The translations under genes were made by a program, and so were the position numbers. DNA of 64,000 bases from Candidatus Moanibacter sp. GTDB taxonomy: Bacteria > Verrucomicrobiota > Verrucomicrobiia > Opitutales > UBA2987. The DNA lies in contig CBDCEW010000104.1 of NCBI GenBank assembly GCA_965215885.1, forward strand, positions 256,001 through 320,000, written 5' to 3'. The notes beneath the pieces were generated by a model. The model ran no database searches and had not been told where the DNA came from. It saw nothing but the letters and a program-made list of their open reading frames with translations. Positions within the stretch are counted from its first letter, which is position 1. Every line of letters begins with the position of its first letter. This document shows positions 58,351 to 64,000 of the stretch, in pieces.

Positions 58351-60197
58351 TCCTCGAACAAGTGTGATTGGAATATACCTAACGCAATAAAAAGCTCGAA
58401 ACGCGCTTAGATACTGGGAAAACTGTTAATCGACCAAAAAAACCACCCAGAAAAAAAGGACGTTTCGAGTGAAAAGAAGATACCGCAAGAACCTCCACAA
58501 TAGCAAGAGAAGAATAAAGCATCGGCTTAGAAATCGGGGCTGGCCTGAACAGGCCAAACCGATGTTCAAAGCGAGCAACATCCACTACGAGACGGCCGAA
58601 CGAGGCAAAGGGGTGAGTTGTGGAGGGATAGGAGCGATTCACCTGATGGTGAAGAGACTGGGGTTGGTGGAAGAGCTCGACCAGAGCGTGCAGTTGCTCA
58701 AGCGCCACCTGCCGTATCATGAGAGTGATCATGTGCTCAACATAGCCTACAACGCATTATTGGGAGGGATCCGGCTCGAAGACATCGAATTGCGCCGCAA
58801 GGACGAGGTTTTTCTGAATGCCTTAGGAGCGCAGAGGATACCGGATCCGACGACCAGTGGAGACTTCACCCGACGCTTTGATGAAGGCGCGATCGAAAAA
58901 TTGATGGAAGGGATCAACCGGATACGGCAAGGGGTGTGGAACAAGCAGGCAAAAGGATTCATGGAGGAGGCGTTCATCGATGTGGACGGGACGATAGCGC
59001 AGACGAGAGGGAAGTGCAAAGGGGGTATGGGAATAAGCTATAAGGGGATCTGGGGCTATGCACCGCTGATCGTGAGTTTGGCAAATACCAGGGAAGTGCT
59101 CTACATGGTGAATCGACCGGGCAATGAGACTAGCCATGAGGGATGCGTAAAGTGGATTGATCGGGCGGTGGAACTTGTGCGTGCGCATGCGGGGAAAATC
59201 TGCTTGCGAGGGGATACGGACTTTTCGTTGACAGAAAACTTCGATCGGTGGGATGAAGAAGGAACGGGATTTATCTTCGGAATGGATGCGCATCCCAAAG
59301 TGGTGGGACTGGCCGAGGAGTTCAGAGAGACGGCCTGGAGCGAACTGGAGCGGTTGCCCAAGCATGAAATAGCGACCGAATCGAGAGCTAAAGCGCCGCG
59401 AGTGAAGGAAGGGATCGTGCACCAGAAGGGTTTTGAAAACAAGGTGCTGGAGGCAGAAAGTGTGGCCGAGTTGGACTATCGGCCCAACAAGTGCAAAAAG
59501 ACCTATCGGATGGTGGTGGTGCGTAAGAACATCAGTGTGCAAAAGGGCGAAGTAGTGCTCTTTGATGAGATCCGCTACTTTTTTTATATCACAAATCGTA
59601 GGGACCTGACTAAGGAGCAGGTGGTCGCCTTTGCGAATCAACGCTGCGATCAGGAGAACGTTATTGAGCAACTCAAAAACGGGGTTAATGCGATGCGTAT
59701 GCCCGTGGATGATCTTTTGAGCAATTGGGCCTATATGGTAATGACAGCATTGGCCTGGAACCTGAAGGCGTGGTATGGATTACTCATGCCCAACCGCCAG
59801 CGGGGGTTGGAGATCGTGAAGATGGAGTTTCGGCGCTTCCTTCACGCCATCATCTTGCTCCCCGCGCAAATCATCCGAAGCGGGCGCCGAATTGTTTATC
59901 GGCTTTTAAGCTGGAACGAGTGGATGGGAGATTTTATCAGCACCTGGGAGCGATTCCGATCTATGTCGCCTGGGTAGCAGATCAAGTAACCGCGAACGCA
60001 CAGCCACAACGGAAGGACTGTCGGCGTATCCCAAAAAGGGGACAGAACTAACGTTAAAACAGAACGGATATGACTCAAAAAAAGCAAAACATGAAACCAG
60101 CCCAAGGGTGGCGGCGGCAAAACTACCGCCAGCATGGCAAATAACGTTAGGAATAACGAAGTTTCCTGTTCAACCTTTAAACGCGCTTATTTTAGGG
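58351..60197 (+). mobile_element. IS1380-family insertion sequence
   Basis: Imperfect IRs TCCTCGAACAAGTGTG and (reverse complement) CCCTAAAATAAGCGCG; CTAG on both flanks (58347-58350, 60198-60201). Confidence 0.75.
58469..59977 (+). CDS. IS1380-family transposase
   Basis: HLPYHESDHVLNIAYN, IPDPTTSGDF, FIDVDGT, YKGIWGYAPL, LRGDTDFS, RCDQENVIEQLK. Confidence 0.93.
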   Translation: MKRRYRKNLHNSKRRIKHRLRNRGWPEQAKPMFKASNIHYETAERGKGVSCGGIGAIHLMVKRLGLVEELDQSVQLLKRHLPYHESDHVLNIAYNALLGGIRLEDIELRRKDEVFLNALGAQRIPDPTTSGDFTRRFDEGAIEKLMEGINRIRQGVWNKQAKGFMEEAFIDVDGTIAQTRGKCKGGMGISYKGIWGYAPLIVSLANTREVLYMVNRPGNETSHEGCVKWIDRAVELVRAHAGKICLRGDTDFSLTENFDRWDEEGTGFIFGMDAHPKVVGLAEEFRETAWSELERLPKHEIATESRAKAPRVKEGIVHQKGFENKVLEAESVAELDYRPNKCKKTYRMVVVRKNISVQKGEVVLFDEIRYFFYITNRRDLTKEQVVAFANQRCDQENVIEQLKNGVNAMRMPVDDLLSNWAYMVMTALAWNLKAWYGLLMPNRQRGLEIVKMEFRRFLHAIILLPAQIIRSGRRIVYRLLSWNEWMGDFISTWERFRSMSPG

Positions 60198-60322
60198 CTA
60201 GCCGGCTCAACGGGAGGGCGATCTGGCATCGTTTCTTTTCCCGACCGTAGTGATGGCTTGCACGCCGTCGTTTGGAATCGAGTTTTCGATTGACTGGACT
60301 GCGTTCTCAGAACGTACATTCC

Positions 60323-60931
60323 TCAGTTGCTGCGCGGTCCGGATGGACAGCTGAAGGAAGCGAAGAACGTCTCCAGTTTACGATCGATAATGTCGAGTGG
60401 CCCGAAATATCTCAATCGGTAGAAGGTTCGCGAATCCTTACAGTAGATCCACCCGATGAGAGACTTGAACTTAACGGTATCTGCCGTTCCAGCGCCGTAT
60501 CCGAAGCGCTCGCTTGCGAAGAGGATATAGAACGAACCCACTTCGCCGTTTCTCGACTTTTTGATAAACCCTGGCCGGTACTTTTCGTCTACGACGATCT
60601 TCTTCGAGATGTCGCCTGGGTATGGAGAGAGGGCGCTTGCATAGAGCGCCTCGATTCCCATCGCACCACTCTCCTCAAGCTGCTTCGCCGATTTTTCGTC
60701 GATATTTGGAAGCGCTTCGATCTTGAGCGTGCTGTCGGTGCTCTTGTAGATGAGAACTCTCGATTGTCTTCGCGACAACGTATCTACGAGGGTGAATCGC
60801 GTGAGGTGTGGAGATGTCAATGAGTCCAGTGAGCTCGTTACTTTGTTTGTTTGGCAAGTGGCAACAGAGGTCCAACCAGCAACGCCAATACAGGCGAGCA
60901 CGATGCGAAGGAATATTCGTTTGGGCACCAT
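60323..60931 (-). CDS. Hypothetical secreted protein
   Basis: 202 aa ORF with a signal-peptide-like N-terminus and protein-like composition. Confidence 0.6.
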   Translation of the reverse strand: MVPKRIFLRIVLACIGVAGWTSVATCQTNKVTSSLDSLTSPHLTRFTLVDTLSRRQSRVLIYKSTDSTLKIEALPNIDEKSAKQLEESGAMGIEALYASALSPYPGDISKKIVVDEKYRPGFIKKSRNGEVGSFYILFASERFGYGAGTADTVKFKSLIGWIYCKDSRTFYRLRYFGPLDIIDRKLETFFASFSCPSGPRSN

Positions 60932-61461
60932 TTAGACCTTATTGTATAGGTTACGAAAGCCAAAGCACCAGGATATTAGCCTCGTCTATGGAATCTGAGC
61001 GTCGATCGATGAATCGAGCTTTCGACCAGGCATCGCTCAAACTTTAATCCGAGGATTCGATGCCTCGCCGCAGTCCCGCAGGCGGAGCGAAGTCGGGTGT
61101 GAATTTGGATTGAAGGAGGTATGAACGTGCGGCGAAGGGCTCGTGGGTGTCGAGCCCATTTTGACCCCCGTATTCCCGGCAGGATGTAGGAGAGGCTTTA
61201 TGCCTCGATAGGAATGATGTTCCGTCGCAGGATAAACCCGCTCCTGCGTTACAACAGTGTCCTGCAATTCGCGCTCGTCCTCGTAATCGTGCTCGGCGAT
61301 ATAGTCCGCAGCAGACTCCCGGACTGAATTCTCCGAGGAGTATCGCTGTAAGAGTTGCTAATGATCGAACTGTTAGTACTTATGGTGCTCCTTTCGAGAA
61401 CGAGAACGAGGACGATTTCGACAACGTAGTCCGGCAAGGGCAAAAGCACTCAATTTTCAGA

Positions 61462-62511
61462 TCAGCGTTCTTCATTGAGGAGTTCTCTTATCCAACGTCG
61501 GTGGGGGCCGGATATCGCGATTTGGTCGATCTCGGCGACGGGTATCCAGGTGAGATTGGGGAATTCCTGCACTTTCCTGAACAGGGAGGAATCGGGTATA
61601 TGTTGGTAGATAGACTCCCTGATTTGCTCGTTGCTGATGGCACGTCTCTTTCTGGCGATGAGGTTATCGGGAGACGGTGAAGAGACGATCCCATCGGCTT
61701 GGGGTAGCTCGAAAAGAGTGGCAAGGCGTGAACTATCCTGTGGCGCGCGGTGCAAAAGGATTGAATCGTTATTCCTGACCCAAAGACGATCGACTACACG
61801 GTGAACAGTCCTTTTCCGGAGGAACCGAGGGAAATTATCCGGGTCGCCTCTCTGGCCAGCGGTGCAAAACCGGAAAACGGGACAGACAAAACAGAGTGGC
61901 CGCCTGCGCAGGCAGACGGTTGCCCCGAGTTCCATCATCGCCTGATTGTGTTTACCCGGATTCTTTTTATCGAGAAGCTCAAGCGCGAGAGGAGCGAGGC
62001 GCCTGGCCGCGGCGGCGCGATCCTTAAAGGTCTCTTCAACCGCAGTGAGACGAGAGAGAATCCTCATGACATTTCCATCGAGACAGGCGGAAGGGTGGCC
62101 GAAGCAGATGCTTGTAATGGCCGCTGCGGTGTAATCGCCTACTCCGGGAAGCGCCTTCCACTCTTCGGGGTTGTGAGGGAGTGAATTCAAGGACGAGATC
62201 TTCCTGGCGAGTTGAGAGAGGTTCCTTGCCCGTGAATAGTAACCCAACCCTTCCCAATGTTTTATCACCTCTTCTTCCCGGGCTTGCGCGAGGGTGGAAA
62301 AATTGGGGAACCTGACCATCCAGCGCAGGAAATAGGGAATAACGGTATTTACCTGGGTTTGCTGGAGCATGAATTCGGAGATGACTGTCTTATAAACAGT
62401 GGGAGCCTTGCGCCAGGGCAGGTCGCGGTGAGAGGTCTCGTACCATCGCTGAAGATTGTCGGCGAATCCTGCCGGATCGCGAACTGCGGAGTCTTTTTTG
62501 ACCTTGGGCAT
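61462..62511 (-). CDS. mutY: A/G-specific adenine glycosylase
   Basis: RDLPWR, ISEFMLQQTQV, WEGLGYYSRARNL, LPGVGDYTA, LDGNVMR, 4Fe-4S motif CLRRRPLCFVCPVFRFC. Confidence 0.95.
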   Translation of the reverse strand: MPKVKKDSAVRDPAGFADNLQRWYETSHRDLPWRKAPTVYKTVISEFMLQQTQVNTVIPYFLRWMVRFPNFSTLAQAREEEVIKHWEGLGYYSRARNLSQLARKISSLNSLPHNPEEWKALPGVGDYTAAAITSICFGHPSACLDGNVMRILSRLTAVEETFKDRAAAARRLAPLALELLDKKNPGKHNQAMMELGATVCLRRRPLCFVCPVFRFCTAGQRGDPDNFPRFLRKRTVHRVVDRLWVRNNDSILLHRAPQDSSRLATLFELPQADGIVSSPSPDNLIARKRRAISNEQIRESIYQHIPDSSLFRKVQEFPNLTWIPVAEIDQIAISGPHRRWIRELLNEER

Positions 62512-62629
62512 CTTTGATATAGTGGTACGTGTTTTGCGTGATTGTTATTGTTTTAGTTCGATGTTTTTAAACACGTAGAAACATTGACGATTGGCTGCCG
62601 GTCGGAGATACGTCTATAGAAGAATCGCA

Positions 62630-63616
62630 ATGGCGAGGAAATCAAAAAAGCGCGAGGAAGAAGAACCCTCCAAGCTGACCAGTTACACAATCGAACTAGA
62701 CGACGGGCAGATGGATAAGCTGGAGGAGCTTTGTGATCGGCAACTTTATGGATACTATGAGGTCAACTATGCCCGCTTCGCTTTCAAGTCGGAACAAGGC
62801 AAGGTAAACGTCGTAGGGTACAAAAGTGGTAAGGTCGTCATTCAAGGGAAGGGGACGGAGGATTTCGTCCAGAATGTGCTCGAATCGGAAGTCACGGGGG
62901 ATCCCAGACTCGGTTACGAGGAGTTTCATCATCCCGAATGGTTCGAACCTCATGCCGGTCTCGATGAGGCGGGGAAGGGTGATCTTTTTGGCCCCTTGGT
63001 CTCGGCCTGCGTGGTCGCCGACGGTGAGATGGTGCGCGGATGGAGAGAGGCGGGAGTGAAGGACAGCAAGGGCATTACCGACTCATCCATAATAAACCTG
63101 GAAAAGACGATCAAGAAGACGAGGGGAGTTGTGGTAAAGACAGCTTACTGCGGAATGGCTAAGTACAATCAATTGATGGCCAGGCCGAACGCGAATCTTA
63201 ATCGACTGTTAGCCTGGTTGCATGCCCGTTCCCTGGAGAGCGCCTTGGAGAAACGGCGCGTCTCGTGGGGTCTCCTTGACCAGTTCAGCAAGAAGCCTCT
63301 CGTCCAAGGCTATTTCGACGACGAAGATTTCGAACTCAAAATGAGACCCAGAGCCGAGTCCGATCCGGTGGTTGCGGCAGCCTCGATCTGTGCGAGGGCG
63401 GAATTCATCCGGCAGATGTGGGCGCTCTCGAAGCGTTTTGGCACACAACTGCGAAAAGGCGCGGGTGCGGCGGTGAAGGAGCAGGCCGAGGAGTTGGTCG
63501 GCAAACTCGGCGAGGATGCCTTGGGGAATTTTGCCAAGCTCCACTTCAAGACCGCTTATGAAGTCCTGGGCTTGCCCGTGCCCAAGAAGCAGATGAGAAA
63601 GTTCGTAAGACGATGA
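62630..63616 (+). CDS. rnhC: Ribonuclease HIII
   Basis: N-terminal TBP-like domain (YKSGKVVIQGKG), GLDEAGKGDLFGPL, GVKDSK, LDQF, AESDPVVAAASICAR, KLHFKT. Confidence 0.93.
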   Translation: MARKSKKREEEEPSKLTSYTIELDDGQMDKLEELCDRQLYGYYEVNYARFAFKSEQGKVNVVGYKSGKVVIQGKGTEDFVQNVLESEVTGDPRLGYEEFHHPEWFEPHAGLDEAGKGDLFGPLVSACVVADGEMVRGWREAGVKDSKGITDSSIINLEKTIKKTRGVVVKTAYCGMAKYNQLMARPNANLNRLLAWLHARSLESALEKRRVSWGLLDQFSKKPLVQGYFDDEDFELKMRPRAESDPVVAAASICARAEFIRQMWALSKRFGTQLRKGAGAAVKEQAEELVGKLGEDALGNFAKLHFKTAYEVLGLPVPKKQMRKFVRR

Positions 63617-64000
63617 GAATGGAACCGTGGGAGTTCGATCTCGATGCGATGGAGGATTTCGATTGTGTCATAGGAGTCGATGAAGCAGGCCGTGGCGCCC
63701 TGGCAGGCCCTGTGGTGGCGGGAGCTGTCTGTCTGAGAAGAGAGTTCTACGAGACGGAGTGGTGCCGGCGCCATTCCGGCAGGGTTGATGATTCCAAAAA
63801 GCTAAACTGCAGCCGGCGCGAATGCCTTTTTGCCGAAATCATGCTGCTGAAAAGGGAGGGGATGCTTATGGCGGAGACCGGGGTCGCCGGAGTGGCGGAG
63901 ATTGAGAAGGAGAATATTCTCGGGGCCACGCGTACGGCAATGCGGCGCGCCCTGGAAGCCATTGCCGCTTCAGGTTTAGACGCTGGTGATATCCCGGTGG
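63613..64000 (+). CDS. rnhB: Ribonuclease HII (partial, runs off the window end)
   Basis: Manual translation MRMEPWEFD..VIGVDEAGRGALAGPVVAGAV..VDDSKKL..EIEKENILGAT; ATGA overlap with rnhC. Confidence 0.92.
   Translation, partial: MRMEPWEFDLDAMEDFDCVIGVDEAGRGALAGPVVAGAVCLRREFYETEWCRRHSGRVDDSKKLNCSRRECLFAEIMLLKREGMLMAETGVAGVAEIEKENILGATRTAMRRALEAIAASGLDAGDIPV

Noticed and set aside
47498..61630. mutY 3' duplicate as the template/variable repeat pair of a diversity-generating retroelement
   Set aside because: Mismatches are not confined to adenines, include an indel, and no reverse transcriptase is present.
1..64000. tRNA, rRNA or known riboswitch genes
   Set aside because: None recognised by eye; a tRNAscan-SE or Infernal run would be needed to exclude them formally.

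Overview
Bacterial chromosome segment. The housekeeping genes (fused lpxC-fabZ then lpxA, efp, argS, dnaE, hpt, rpsU, mutY, adjacent rnhC-rnhB, short ParC-type topoisomerase subunit) suggest a Verrucomicrobiota (Opitutales-like) host; this is an inference. Five IS elements are present: a DUF4338-ISAs1 fusion running off the left edge, IS4, IS110, an ISNCY/IS5-like element and IS1380. There are also many MITE/REP-like repeats. Highlights: (1) a complete IS110 element whose left non-coding end can be read by eye as a bridge RNA. Its target-binding loop matches the reconstructed insertion site, which is itself the end of a dispersed MITE family. Its donor-binding loop matches the predicted circle junction, and that junction forms a TTGACG-17-TATAGT promoter. 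(2) A coenzyme F420 operon (cofG, cofH, LLM oxidoreductase, cofD, cofC, cofE, fno/npdG) transcribed divergently from a selenium-dependent-type xanthine dehydrogenase. (3) A ~14 kb accessory island bounded by a duplicated mutY 3' end, with no integrase visible. (4) A thymidine-phosphorylase homologue with a rewritten active site. All calls come from reading motifs in the sequence; no database searches were run.
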